A stretch of DNA of 63,932 nt, counting the filler, from Octopus bimaculoides (lineage: Eukaryota), in the NCBI RefSeq assembly GCF_001194135.2. It is 6 parts of 6 records of this genome, joined end to end, with 100 filler letters (N's around TTAATTAATTAA, not from the genome) between each part and the next. Parts side by side here need not be neighbours in the genome. Positions count along the whole stretch, not along the records: positions 1 to 19,352 come from NC_068986.1; 5 more parts are not named here. One strand, 5' to 3'. Below, piece after piece: positions 1-14,379 of this stretch (within the stretch, counting starts at the first letter, position 1; every line of letters begins with the position of its first letter). The notes below the pieces were generated by a model that saw nothing but the letters and a program-made list of their open reading frames with translations, was not told the DNA's origin and did not search any database. The position numbers were made by a program, and so were the translations under genes.

Positions 1-2
1 TA

Positions 3-33
<31 letters not shown>

Positions 34-236
34 CAGATATACATGTGTGTGCATTTTAAGTCCCCGGCTTAAAATATAAGTACTGGTGTTGATTCGTTCA
101 ACATAAAAAGCCCTACAAGGCAGTGCCCCAGCAGGGCTGCAGTCTAATGACTGTAACAAGTAAAAGGATTAAAGGAAACAATGTGTGTGTGTGTGTGTGT
201 ATGTGTGTGTGTGTGTGCATGTGTGTGTGTGTATAA

Positions 237-500
237 CTGGCACACTCTCGGTTATGACAACAAGGGTTCCAGTTGATCTGATCAACAGAACAGTCTGCTT
301 GTGAAATTAATGTGCAAGTGACTGGGCCCCCCATAGACACCTGTACCCTTAACATAGTTCGCAGGGAGATTCAGCGTGACACAGAGTGTAACAATACAGA
401 TACCATTTGTTTTTGCTGAAAGACACAACATATTGCCAGGAATTGAACTCACAACCTTACGATTGTGATCCAAATACTGTAACCATTAATCCATGTGCCT
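237..500 (-). mobile_element. SINE sharing the family A 3' tail but with a different tRNA head
   Basis: 237-390 aligns to the family A tail; 390-500 is a distinct head with GTGAGTTCAATTCC. Confidence 0.7.
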
Positions 501-851
501 TCACTGTGTGTGTGTGCGCATGCTTATACATACATATATATATATATATGATGGACTCTCCCATCATTAGACAATGTATGAGGGTTCAACAATTTTTTAC
601 TGGACAGCCACACAGATGATTTGTTTATAGTGATCAAATGTTTGTGTAGACATAAGCTCACTCCCTCCATCAAATCGATATTACCTGTACAAGTGCAACG
701 TGTACCACATGTCAGATGTCGAAATGAACACAGAACAACGTGAAATAATGAGCTTTGCTTGAGAATACAATGCAATACCCAATCTGGGAATTGAACCAAT
801 GAGCTCACAATCACGAATGCAACACCCTAACTACTAAGCCATGCGTCTTCG

Positions 852-896
<45 letters not shown>

Positions 897-2424
897 CATA
901 CACATACACTCATACACACACATACAACCATATATATGAATGCATAATTACATGTATATAGATATATTTATGCATACAAACACACATACATACACATTAT
1001 AAATATTTTCACACACATATGTATATATGTATATACGTATATATATGCACACACACATGTGCATGCCTCTCTGTGTATATATGTGAGTGTATGAATGTGC
1101 ATGCGTTTTTGTGTGTGCACTTGCGTGTGTATGTAATACACTATAAATAAATTGAACAATACAGGGACAATAATAACAGAATAATATCCAGTCAGAAATA
1201 GAAATTTGCATGAAGTTGATTTAAAATGTTGGTTTTAGAGTAGCTAAATGGCTATTGGAGGATCGTAAATTCAGTCGTTCCCTATAAAAGTCTGCCAAAC
1301 CACAATATATTTCCATTAAATATATGTACAAGTGCAAACATTCAATATTTTACATTTATTTTTCCTACTGGCATTGAAAGGATAAAATAATTAGCATAAG
1401 TAGGTATTTTGCAGGAATTATTACTGCTTGAAGCTTTTGATTGTGTTAAGCACTGAAATGTAATGTATAACTGATATGCATTTTCAGATCAATTGTCTGA
1501 GACATATAAAATCTTATTTAATGTAATAATGCAAAGATTGTTATAGTGATAGCTGATGATAGTGATAGATCGCATGGTTCAGGCCATTGACACACATCTG
1601 AAAATTTAGTTTTGTGTTGTGTATTGCAGGCAAGAAAACTGCCATAACCAATTCTTCCTTTGAGCTATATTTGCAATAAAATTTAGATACAATGCGTTTT
1701 ATCTTTTACTTGTTTCAGTCATTGGACTGCAGCCATGCTGGGACATAACTTTGAAGGGTTTAGTTGAACAATTCAGCTCCAGTGTTTTTCTTCTTTTTTT
1801 TTTTTTGTATGTGTGTGTTTTTAAGTCTTGTACTTATCCTACTTGTCTCTTTTGCCAAACCACTACATTACAGGGATTTTAAAGAATACAACACCAGCTG
1901 TCAAGTGGGGTCAATCACAAAGACACATAAATACATNNNNNNNNNNNNNNNNNNNNNNNNNNNNNNNNNNNNNNNNNNNNNNNNNNNNNNNNNNNNNNNN
2001 NNNNNNNNNNNNNNNNNNNNNNNNNNNNNNNNNNNNNATATATATATATATATATATATATATAATTGTGTATATATTTCAAAAATGAGTTTAAAGGGAT
2101 TTATTATCCTGGTAGTTACTGTATTTCACCTCAAGTGGGTTTCAGATACTGGCTAACCACAACGGTCCGTATGTAGTACTTGAGCTAACAATGAGTTGTT
2201 AGATCCTGGTAACTAGGTTGCATATTCAACAGTGTGCAGTTGCTGCAGTTGAAACATGTATAGGTCTGGAAAATATGCTGTAAATAACTGTTAGATACGT
2301 TACGGATGTGAAAAATCTCCATTCTCTTTATTGTTATTGTTATATATGTATACACACATGCACACACACACACACACACACATGCACTGATACACGACAA
2401 ACTTTGTTCAGTTTCCATCTGCTA

Positions 2425-2670
2425 AATCTGCTCATCATCTGTGAAGGTCTTGAGAATGTGAGCAATGAAGGCCATGTCATGCCCCTTCACTTTTTCCCAA
2501 TAGGTCTTGGGGTCAATGCAGAAACCTACATTGTGGCAATGGAGATAGTTGTTCAGCTCTGGACTGAAAGAGTTGCTCAGGGGAGATTGCATGTGTCCCA
2601 GAAATACTCTTCTCTCTCCCACACTGCCTGCATAACACAGGTGTGGATGGTTGAAAATTTTTGACGATCA
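2425..2670 (+). mobile_element. Tc1/mariner transposase catalytic-domain fragment
   Basis: VSNEGHVMPLHFFPIGLGVNAETYI..VVQLW..HTACITQVWMVENF. Confidence 0.8.
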
Positions 2671-2911
2671 TGTTATCTTTAACATTTGGGACTGAACTCA
2701 AAACCATGTTCTTGGGAAGCAAACTTGTTACCACACAACCATGCCTGTACCTTGATAATATTGTTTAGTTTCCCATTTTATTGTTGAATTGTCTCCCTTC
2801 CCATTATTTTTACTTGTTAAGTATTGTACACCAAAGTTTAACATTCTTCAATACAAATATGGTTTCCATTAATTATGCTTATCATGTTTGCTGCATTAAA
2901 TATGTTAACCC

Positions 2912-3135
2912 TAAGGCAGTGAGTTGGCAGAAACACTGGCAGGCTGGGCAAAATGCTTAGCAGTATTTCTTGTGTATATATGTTATGAGTTCAAATTCCG
3001 CCGAGGTCGATTTTGCCTTTTATCCCTTCGGGGTAGATAAATTAAGTACCAGTTGTGTACTGGGATCACTCTAATCGACTGCCCTCCCCCCCCCCAAAAA
3101 AAAATTGGGGGCCTTGTGCCTAGAGTAGAAAAGAT
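2912..3135 (+). mobile_element. SINE family C; another copy at about 41228-41435
   Basis: Shared GAGTTCAAATTCCGCCGAGGTCGA..TAAATTAAGTACCAGTT. Confidence 0.8.
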
Positions 3136-3912
3136 TAAATATGTTAACACTTACTTTATTACTTAATAATTGTGTTGTGTTTTGGTTGGTTGTGAGGAAA
3201 ATGTGTACTACCCTCTGGTGATAGAACCTGCAAGAAATATTTAGCTTGGCTACATGGATTCAGTATAGTGCATGTGACAGGATATCTTTGATTTATTTGA
3301 CCATCTGCATTTATGGGAAATAAGATTTATTATGGAAGCACAGAAGGTTACCCCCGAGGCTCATAAATTCAAATATTTCTAATAAATTCTATTGTAATTT
3401 AATTCAGGCCACTGCGCGATGATTGAAACAAGTAAAAAGGTGTACATGTCTGTCTGTCAGTTTGTCTGTCTGTCTGTCTATCTGTCTGTCTGTTTCTCTA
3501 TCTCTCTATCTTTGTCGTCTGTCTTCTGTATATGTCTATCTGCCTCTCTCTCTCTCTCTCTGTGAAGATTTTGTTTGGCTTTCATAAAAAGCATATTTAC
3601 TCTGCTTTTGGTATTTGAGTATTATTTTATTCCACCTTGTTTTGCATTTATGTGCTTACTTGTCTGTATGTGTGTGTGTGTGTGCATATATATATATATA
3701 TATATATAGTCTTTTACTTGTTTCAGTCATTTGACTGCGGCCATACTGGAGCACCACAATTATAGTCGAGCAAATTGACCCCAGAGCTTATTCTTTGTAA
3801 GCCTAGTACTTATTCTATCGGTCTCTTTTGCCGAACCGCTAAGTTACGGGGACGCAAACACACGAGAATCGGTTGTCAAGTGATGCTGGGGGAACAAACA
3901 TATACACACACA

Positions 3913-3948
<36 letters not shown>

Positions 3949-5639
3949 NNNNNNNNNNNNNNNNNNNNNNNNNNNNNNNNNNNNNNNNNNNNNNNNNNNN
4001 NNNNNNNNNNNNNNNNNNNNNNNNNNNNNNNNNNNNNNNNNNNNNNNNNNNNNNNNNNNNNNNNNNNNNNNNNNNNNNNNNNNNNNNNNNNNNNNNNNNN
4101 NNNNNNNNNNNNNNNNNNNNNNNNNNNNNNNNNNNNNNNNNNNNNNNNNNNNNNNNNNNNNNNNNNNNNNNNNNNNNNNNNNNNNNNNNNNNNNNNNNNN
4201 NNNNNNNNNNNNNNNNNNNNNNNNNNNNNNNNNNNNNNNNNNNNNNNNNNNNNNNNNNNNNNNNNNNNNNNNNNNNNNNNNNNNNNNNNNNNNNNNNNNN
4301 NNNNNNNNNNNNNNNNNNNNNNNNNNNNNNNNNNNNNNNNNNNNNNNNNNNNNNNNNNNNNNNNNNNNNNNNNNNNNNNNNNNNNNNNNNNNNNNNNNNN
4401 NNNNNNNNNNNNNNNNNNNNNNNNNNNNNNNNNNNNNNNNNNNNNNNNNNNNNNNNNNNNNNNNATATATATATATATATATAACTACAAGATACATTTG
4501 TATCAATTGTTCTCTATGCATGTTTTGTCATTGTGAATATTTGCATCCTCTGCAGTGAGATTAGATGTAGATACACAGATCAAATGCCGATTGGATGATG
4601 ATCCTCTATGTATCTCTCTAAATTCACTAGTAGTAGCCATACTTCTAACTGCATACATAGGAAATATTAAATATGTACATAACAATTTATAAACACAGTA
4701 TTTACATTCAAGCTATCATTAGTTTTCATGCTGTGCAATCACAGCAAAGTGACAAGCTTGTATAGCATACCTTGTGTTTCCAAGCACTCCTTCTAACTCA
4801 AATATACAATATGGCTGTTCGTTTTTGAAAAATGAGAAAGGACATTGGTCTTGGGGGAAAAAACAGCATCCTTGCTTAAAATCAGCCATGATGTAAATTT
4901 GAGTCTGAATGATTGCTTATCAAAGCGAGGCATGCTATACAGACCTGTCAGTTTATTGAGTTTTCACAGCATGAAATTAATAGTAGCTCAAATTTGAATA
5001 CTGTGTATGTTAAAAGTTTTTTTTTGTGTCTCACTGACTGGAGTACTCCTTTTTTTTTTTTGGTTCCACTAGCAGAATAGTAAATTACTTATATATATAT
5101 ATGTGTGTGTGTGTTTGTGTGCGTGTGTGTTTGTGTGTGTGTATGTGTGTGTGTGTTTGTGTGTGTGTGTTTGTACATGTGTGTATGTGTGTGCTTGTGC
5201 ATGTGTGTTCAAGTATGCATGTGTGTTCAAGTGTGCGTGTATGAATGTGTGTGTGTGTGTATGTGCATGAGTGTGTGTTTGTATATGCGTGTGTTTGTGT
5301 GTATAGACATATATATTATGTGTACTGACGATGTCTATGGAGCCTTGCAAACATATGTCCATGATTGTCCTCTTACCTCCAGACAATAAACCTGTCCTTT
5401 TCTTAAATGGCATGTCAACTTCGGAGAATTGACACTTGAAATTATTTCCTCTTCTCATATGAAGCCTTTCTCAATTTCCATTTGATAACTGTGACAGCCT
5501 TTAGAAGCAGAGATAATTTTAATAAGTCAAGAATCGATGTATTATATTTGATATACATATCTGTATTTGTCTATGTTGGTCATATACATGTTACTAGCCA
5601 CTTTGAGTAAATTAAGTGGCTAAAGTTTATACAAATATT

Positions 5640-5990
5640 CTCTTTTTCTCAGTTTAATGCATACCACTCTTGTCACCTTAGCCAGCAACCCAAGTGATTC
5701 TGAAATTTCAACCTTCTTAGATGTTGCCAGGTTCTTCATGTTTAAGAACAGAAAATAGCTCCTGGGGGAGAATGTGTCTTCCATTGTCAAAAGAAAAAAA
5801 TAACATTTTTGATGATCAGACATTGTCAGAAAAGTTGAATTTGTCCAGCAAGTTCAGGGTATCATCAATGAAAATTCCAAGTCAATGAGGACCATTACTA
5901 ATCATCTTCAAGTATCGGAGTCAATGATTAGAGATGTGTTGCATGAAAACAGCAAGTACAAATTCTATGTTAATAGAAGCAGGCAGTGGG
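5640..5990 (+). mobile_element. Tc1/mariner transposase N-terminal fragment
   Basis: EISTFLDVARFF.. and EFVQQVQGIINENSKSMRTITNHLQVSESMIRDVLHENSKYK. Confidence 0.7.
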
Positions 5991-6263
5991 AGTAGTGACC
6001 TATACGCTGAATGTTCAGATTGGGTCCAATTCATATCTAGATAAACACAATTGGCACAACTATACTTCAAACTCCTTAATAGGAATGGTATTTGTTGTAC
6101 TAACAATAAATGTAATATTGATAACTCTTGACAAATATCTCACCTACTTTTTATTGGGAACTTTATGTACTTTGTACGCTGCATTACCCTCTAAGCTTCT
6201 ACCCTGAGATGTATGCTGGACTGTTTCTTTTATTTTTATATATGTATGTGTATATGTGAATGC

Positions 6264-6294
<31 letters not shown>

Positions 6295-6828
6295 TGTATA
6301 TGTGTCTGCGTGTATACATCTATATGTGCATATATATATATATATTCACATATAGATGTATATATATATNNNNNNNNNNNNNNNNNNNNNNNNNNNNNNN
6401 NNNNNNNNNNNNNNNNNNNNNNNNNNNNNNNNNNNNNNNNNNNNNNNNNNNNNNNNNNNNNNNNNNNNNNNNNNNNNNNNNNNNNNNNNNNNNNNNNNNN
6501 NNNNNNNNNNNNNNNNNNNNNNNNNNNNNNNNNNNNNNNNNNNNNNNNNNNNNNNNNNNNNNNNNNNNNNNNNNNNNNNNNNNNNNNNNNNNNNNNNNNN
6601 NNNNNNNNNNNNNNNNNNNNNNNNNNNNNNNNNNNNNNNNNNNNNNNNNNNNNNNNNNNNNNNNNNNNNNNNNNNNNNNNNNNNNNNNNNNNNNNNNNNN
6701 NNNNNNNNNNNNNNNNNNNNNNNNNNNNNNNNNNNNNNNNNNNNNNNNNNNNNNNNNNNNNNNNNNNNNNATATATATATATATACATGTGTAAGTGTCT
6801 GTCTATGTATGTGTATATAAGGGGCATA

Positions 6829-7122
6829 GAGGTGCAATATTCCAATGGTTAGGGCAGTGGACTTGCAGTTGTAGGATCACAGTTTCGATTCCCAGATTGG
6901 GCATTGTGAGTGTTTATTGAACGAAAACACCTAAGGCCTCACAAGGCTCTGGCAGGAGGTGGTGACGAACCCTGCTGTACTCTTTCACCACAACTTTCTT
7001 TCACTCTTTCTTCCTGTTTCTGTTGTACCTGTATTTCAAAGAGCCAGCCTTGTCACACACTGTGTCATGCTGGATCTCCCCAAGAACTATGTTAAGGTAC
7101 ACTTGTCTGTGGAGTGCTCAGC
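6829..7122 (+). mobile_element. SINE family A, 3'-truncated and CpG-decayed
   Basis: Family A head and body with most CpGs converted to TG or CA. Confidence 0.85.
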
Positions 7123-8350
7123 CAATATTTCTGTTGGTATATTATATATTATTTTCATCTCTATTTTTGAAGCTTGTTTCCTTATCTGTATATAAATGTA
7201 TCATGCACTGGTATGTGCTTCTCCAGCTTTATTTTACATTGTGACATCTGTATGTGGAAGTGTGTGAGTAGAAGAAATTTCCAAAAGCACTGTTTGTCAT
7301 TTTTTTTATTTTTCACTTTCATATCATCTCATCTTTCTCCCTTTCCTCTCTCCTCCACACATTATCTTCTTTATGCAATTAATATCCTATGTTGCATTCT
7401 AATGTTTCCATTATGGCACCTTTTTACAGCTTTGGAACCATATAGTGAGAATGTTGATAACCTAAGAACTATCTGAAGTCATCCCATAAATCCATTCATA
7501 CAGATAAGGAGTTTACCTTCTTACAATCACATCCCATTCTATCTCACTGAATTTATTTGCAGATGATCCCACGATTGGCTAATTAGCCAATTCCTATTTC
7601 CACCCACCTTTTGACTGATGAAACGTACAGATTTTTATCCAGTTTCTCTTGGTGTATCCCTGAGAGTGAAGAATTTCTAACTGACAGGTGAAAAGTACAT
7701 GATAATAAAGAACATAAAATGATTATGTAGCACCTTAAAATTGCATAATATGTATTTGGTGCATTGTTTGAAACACATGTAGTACTTAGCTACTATTCCA
7801 TTTCTTTCATTCACAGACTTAAAATCCCACACAATAAGCAATGTTTGTTACTAAATACTGGAGCTGTAGGGTAACAGTCATCTTAACAGAATTTCTGCTT
7901 ATTTTCATGTAGGACAAAATGTATTGGACTCATTGATTAAGAAACTTTATTAATTGATTATTGCCACCCTTTGTGCTATCTATACAAGCCTTAGCTATGC
8001 TATAGGCCAACGAACGTGTTTTACCCCACCCCCAAAATTGTTGCCCTTGTGGCAAAATTTGAAGCCATTATTATTATTATTATTATTATGATTGTTATAT
8101 GCAGAGGCATAAAGAAAAATGTATATACATGTATATGTATATATATANNNNNNNNNNNNNNNNNNNNNNNNNNNNNNNNNNNNNNNNNNNNNNNNNNNNN
8201 NNNNNNNNNNNNNNNNNNNNNNNNNNNNNNNNNNNNNNNNNNNNNNNNNNNNNNNNNNNNNNNNNNNNNNNNNNNNNNNNNNNNNNNNNNNNNNNNNNNN
8301 NNATATATATACTCTCTACATGTTTTTCCTGAATTTTATTGAATTACAGC

Positions 8351-8543
8351 TATTAAAGATTAATGTTAACTTCTGGGATGTCATCATCCTTGGAGATCCT
8401 GTAAAAGCTATAGATACAAGTCTCACCTCTAACCCTAACCAAATAAATAAAAAAACAAATATCAAAAGATATATAACAAGTGAAATAACACACATAGAAT
8501 TGAAAGAAAACTTTCCTATAGAACCATCCCATCATTACTGCTT
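8351..8543 (+). CDS. Candidate exon of an unidentified gene
   Basis: aattacag| acceptor and TT|gtaagt donor with 64 open codons (LLKINVNFWDVIILGDPVKAID...ELKENFPIEPSHHYC). Phase does not join directly to the 9389 exon. Confidence 0.25.
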
Positions 8544-9388
8544 GTAAGTAAGTTATGGTAGCATTAAAAGATGAAATTAATGAAGTTCATATACTATGTA
8601 ATCTTGAAACTCATTGCATTTAGTATTGCAGAAATAGCATCATTAGTTTTCAATTTGAAAATCCATTTTTATTTAGGTCAGTAGTTATATAGGTATATAC
8701 AATTAATTAACTACACACATGCATACATACACATGTATATCAGAATAAAAGTGCATGTGATAGGTATTTTTCTATTATATCATCAAGACAGGAAGTATTA
8801 ACAGACATGTCTAATCATGCAAATTTATTTATAAAGCTAAAATGTTAACTAAAGAATTTTAAACAAACTACAGAATTCAAATTACCATCTTCAACAAAAA
8901 AATTTCCTGTGAGTTACTCCAGAAAATAAATAATTAGTATTTCTTTTAACCAATATTACCCAATTCAATGCTTTGAGATTTGAATCATATCAAATCTTGT
9001 TTTCATGATTTTTAAAATAAAAATTTATTAAAGTCTATGAAAAAGGAACAAAACAAAAAAAGTTTAAAGAAACAAGCTAGAAGCAAAAATATTTCACCAT
9101 TAAAATGGTTTGTTTTGTGTCTTTTGTAATCAACCAGGAAATGATTCCATAACTTGAAATAGCTACCTTAAAAAATATTGACAAGTTATTGTAAAATATA
9201 TTAACTGCAAATAGTACAGATTCATCTAGAATTTCTAAAGATTCTAAAGAACACCCACAGATTCAACATTCTTTGCGTTGTTCTTATTTTATTTGTTTCT
9301 GAAGTTTATAAAAAAAAAAAAAAATATCTTTAAACCAGTTTATTTCTTATCTAGTTAAATTAATTTTTTCTTTATTGAGCTCATTCAG

Positions 9389-9451
9389 AGGGGAAAAATA
9401 CTGATGAGTTGGAAGAGTGGAGGAAGGGAAATAAACTGAACAAGCACAATA
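9389..9451 (+). CDS. Candidate short exon of an unidentified gene
   Basis: Pyrimidine tract with ctcattcag| acceptor and |gtaaga donor. 63 bp, open only in phase 1: xGKNTDELEEWRKGNKLNKHN. No homology recognised. Confidence 0.35.
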
Positions 9452-12400
9452 GTAAGAAATAAGTAACTGTTTATTTTCAGAATTACTGATTGATGTCTTG
9501 TCTGAATGTCTATTTTTAGTGAAGTGCAATTCAACACTTTAGCAACTGAATACATTTATTTTTACATTTAGAAACTGATTCAGTTGAACAAAATAATTGA
9601 TATTCATTTAGAAAATAGACTCAAATACACAGAAGAGAAAAACTTGAATGTTATTAGGTCCGTATACCAAATATTTAACTCCTACTGGACCTTCTAATAA
9701 AAAAAGAGAAAGACTAAGTTTGAATCTAAGAGAGCTGAGAAGACAGCAAAGGAAGAGAGAGGGGCTGAAATTTGATCTAATATGGGAAAATAAACATAAA
9801 ACTGTTTGCAAATGGCAATGTTAAAGATGTTATTCAAACCTTTCAGTTGGTTTTTCCATAGTGTCAAACTTCAGTTAAAACGAATTCCTTTCCAGTCCTA
9901 GCCATATTTTCTATTTCTTGTTTACATTAGTTGAATGAAAATCATAACACAATACAAGTATGCAATATAACCCGACACCAAGTGTCAGAGAGAACAGTTA
10001 TCATGATCATCATGATCATCCTGATCATTTAATGTCCACATTTCCATGTTTGTATGGGTCCAATGGATTTTCGACAGCTGGATGCTCTTCCTGTCACCAA
10101 CCTTCACCTGTTTCTGATTAAGATAATATTCACCATGACCAGACATGTTTTCACGAAATGAAGGTCATCACTTGCCTGAGGTGACATATATTTACAGCTA
10201 TCATGTGAAGTCAAGGCAAAATGCCATGTAGTGTGACTGAATGTAAAACCATGTGGTTGGGAAGCAAACTTCTTGCTGCACAGCTATGTCTACATCAGAT
10301 ACAGATAAATTTATTAATGGAGATTCTTCAAAGAAATGTTAAAATTAAAAATCTGGAAACAGGTTCTAAAACAATTAAACAAAAATCTAAAAGTGAACTG
10401 TGACCAAAGTTGCAATGAGTTCAGTGAGTGTAGTTTGGATACAGTAGTTTTTCCATTGCATCTAGTGCTGATGGAGTTAAACTGAAGGGATGGTAGAAGA
10501 CCAGAGGCATCACAATCTTCATGTTCTGAGACAGCAAGTTTCTAATCTGGAATGCTACCTACAGTGCTGTATTAACCAGTGATAACCTGGTAAAATTTGT
10601 GTGATACCCAAGCTTTGTTGCCCAACAAATTGGGGACTACAAGCTAACAAATTACATGCAGTTCTCAAATAAGCCACTTTTTATTTTGAACCAATAGCAT
10701 AAAAAATCCTACATTCTGGGCCCCTTGAACCATTTCTCCACTAAGTCTGATCAGTGTAGAGATGACCATTCTTAGGAATGAACCTGGTAAGATGGACTAG
10801 CTCTTTCAGTGCATCACCCTCACCATTCTTCAGTGTAACATATTCTCCATTTTGTCTGCTGTAACCACAAAATAATTGCATGGCCCACCAAGTTTATAAA
10901 TATTAAACATATCAAGAGTAGACTAAATTTTTACAATTTATTAGAGGGTAATTGTCAGAATTCCATAGTGTAAGGAGTACCAGAAATTACATTTGAACTG
11001 TAATGGCAATGTGTATGTTGCTATGCCAGGGCTGAACTATAAATACAATCCAATGAATTATAATCTGAAAATATGTTGTTGTTGTTGTTGTGTTGCCCCA
11101 TATCATCCTGATTGAGTAGATGTTTAATCAAAGATATTCCAGTCATGACTATCCTGTCTTTTATTTAGACGTATTACCTCTAATATTACAGTATCAAGTA
11201 TCTCCTTTTATTTTAGATGTGAGTGTAGTTGGCAGGTCAAATGACCACTTAGAGACTCCCTAATTATCTCATCAAATAAGACATTCTACAGATGCATACA
11301 TATATATATATATACACACATGTATGTATATGTAAAGAAGAAGAGACTATAATCAGCAATGGACAATAAAGTATGTTACTTAGAGGCACCTTAATCAGAG
11401 ACGATGATAAAATAAGTGATGTCATAGAAACTAGATACAGTAACAGCTGGAAAGCTACTTGCTTCCAGGCATTAGCTTTTGACTATCTCTTGACAAGATT
11501 CTCTTTCCTTAAGGAAAGTGGCCAATATTGAATTTATATTTATAGGGTAATATGACATAGCTATAAAAGTAGAGGATCCAGGAATGATAAAGAAGAATAA
11601 AATCAGTGTAACAGACTGAATATGTGTATGTATATGTGTGTGTATACATACACATGCACACAGAAGCTAATGAATAGATTGAATATGAAGTATCTTATAA
11701 GACAGCTGGCTCTTAAATACTCCAACTATTGTGTGAAATGAAGAAACAAGATAATTTCTCTTTTGTGATGAGAATAGATAATAATTAAGTGAGTAAGCAC
11801 TGAAGATTGTAATGGTAGATGGCCAAGAGTTGAAAAAGACTATGATAGTATGAATATAAAGTGAAAAAGAAGGATGAAAAGTGCTATAAAGAAAATATTA
11901 TTTCTTATTAATAAGAGAAATGGCAGTAAACTAGGGAAAGCAATAAATATAAGAATACTTGTGTACTGGTGTCATAAAAAAATAATAACAATTTTATTAA
12001 TAAAAGAGAGTAGGATATCTGTTCAAAATGACAGGTGAAACCATTGATGAATAGTGCATATCAACTACTAAAAATGCAGTGCCACAGTAATATATAAGTA
12101 CATAGATATTTGTGTCATTAAAAAATAGCTTCTCTGTTTATTTGATTTTGTTACTGGTTCATTGAATAGTTTAACATTAGTTATTAAATTTTTTTTTAAT
12201 TTACAAAAAAGTCAACAATATTTACAAATCATTGAAAGATTTATATGCAATTATCATTATTCTAGAAGTTCTTTTAATATAATATTCCCGATAAGAATGT
12301 AAGTCATGTAATTTTTTTTTTTTTAACATCATTAACAATATATTCAAAATGCTTCTCAATGTAACAACTTTTACCCCGTCCCCTTCCATTTTAATTACTT

Positions 12401-13134
12401 CATTCTCTACTCCCCTGTTTGCCACTCCAGGCAGTGTGATAAACACCTCATCATTCCACTCACTTTCATTTTAATTCTTCTACTCTCTTGCACTCGATTT
12501 CTAATTGCTCTTTGATAAACTGCTACTCAAAGATTATCTTATTTGCCTGACAGCAAATAAATAGATGTTGCTAATTATTGTGTGTGGATAAGAATTTAGT
12601 GTAAGATTCTTAAACTAGACAAATAAACAAATAATAGCTTTATGACTTGAGGAAAATATCTTATTTGAAGGGCAAAAGAAGCAGCAACAAATAATAATAC
12701 TTAATATATCAATATGAATACACTTGTTAGATAGACACATAAGATAGTTGTATACAAAAAAATATATTTTATCTTTATTTTTATTGACTCCTTAGAGACT
12801 AACCCTGTTTCTATTATGAAAAAGGATCACCTACTTTAAAGAGCTAATCTTTGAAGTAAGACCTTCCATCACAATTTTATATAAGAACATTTTTATTAAG
12901 CTATTATTTCTGATTAACAAGAGAAATGGTAATAAGTCATGGAAAGCAATAAATATAAGAATGCTAGTGTACCCATTTAATAAAAAAAATAACAACAGTT
13001 TTATTACTTCCTTCCTTGTTCTTGATTATTTTCAAAATTTAGTTAAGCACACAGAGAATGTAGTTTATTAGAAATTTACAAAAAGGGTTTTAAACTAATT
13101 TTTCTGCATGGATAAATTTAATAGCAGGCTAAGA

Positions 13135-13395
13135 GTAGAAGTAAAAGTAAAGTTATCTTCTTGAGTCTTACTGACTCATAACGGCTGGTTTCCCGGTTTC
13201 ATGGCATATATATCTGCCATCTGGATGGGATGCCAGTCTGTCACAACATTGCTCATTTTTGCCAGCTGAGTGGAATGAAGCAATATGAAATGGAATGTTT
13301 TGCTCAAGAACACATGTTGCCCGGTCCAGGAATTGAAACCACAATTTAATGATCATGAGTCTAACACCCTAACCCCTAAGCTACATGCTTCCACA
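13135..13395 (-). mobile_element. tRNA-derived SINE of another family
   Basis: tRNA-like head (GTAGCTTAGGGGTTAG..GGTTTCAATTCC), TTCTTGAGCAA core, (TTTAC)-like tail. Confidence 0.7.
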
Positions 13396-14157
13396 GCAGG
13401 TTAAGTATACAGGGTATGAGAACAACTTTGTCTTATTCTGTATAGGTAAAACTATGAAGACACTGCATAGTCATTATGACATAAAGCAACAATTTTTACT
13501 ATATAAACAGTGTTATATAAGCTTGAAAATCTGAGTTCAAATCATATCATGTGTTATAATTATATGTGATTTAGTTCAATCCCCATGATTTAACCAATTT
13601 GATCTAATCCCCATGGTTTAATCATGCCAATGTGAACTTAATATGGATGAGACTGGTATATTTATAAATTGGTGAAGAATTTATTCATGATCCTTATTTC
13701 AAAACCTGAGACTGAAAAACACCAATCAAATAACCTTAAAATTTCAATAAAGTATATATATATAAATATATCACTTTGAGGTCATGGTTGAATGGTACGG
13801 GATAGAAAGTACCTTTTGCAAAAAAAAACAAACAAACAAAAAAAATCAATAAAAAAACCCAAAAAAACCAAAGAACACTAAGATAAAAAATTGAGAGATA
13901 TATCTGAATTTGCAGGTCTACCACGTCTACATGAGTATCAATAAATGGAATAAGAGTATGACAAATATTTATCAAATGATACAATAGCACTTAAAATTAC
14001 TTTTAGTGCTTTAGCAAAAGAGCTTCAGAAGAGAAAGATAAGTGTTTAAGATACATTCTTGACTCTACTACTGAGACTTAGATATTAGATACCAAGGCTT
14101 AAATATTAAATATAATTAGATATTTCTAATCATAAATTACCTAATTATTTAACATTA

Positions 14158-14379
14158 CAATAACCCCTCACCATATTGTGGTTCATCTATCACAGTTTAT
14201 TATTTAAGCTTATGCCAATTCCTCCATGGTGTTGTTTTGAATTTATAATAAAATAAATATATACAAATTATAAAAATAATTTAAAAAATACATAGTACAG
14301 TACTGTTTCTACTTTGTGGATTTTCACCTGTCACAGGAGAGTTTGGTACATAGCACCTGCAATAGTCGAAGGATTACTG
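14158..14379. mobile_element. Tigger/pogo-like MITE, second copy
   Basis: TA|CAATAACCCCTCACC...GAAGGATTACTG|TA. Confidence 0.75.
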
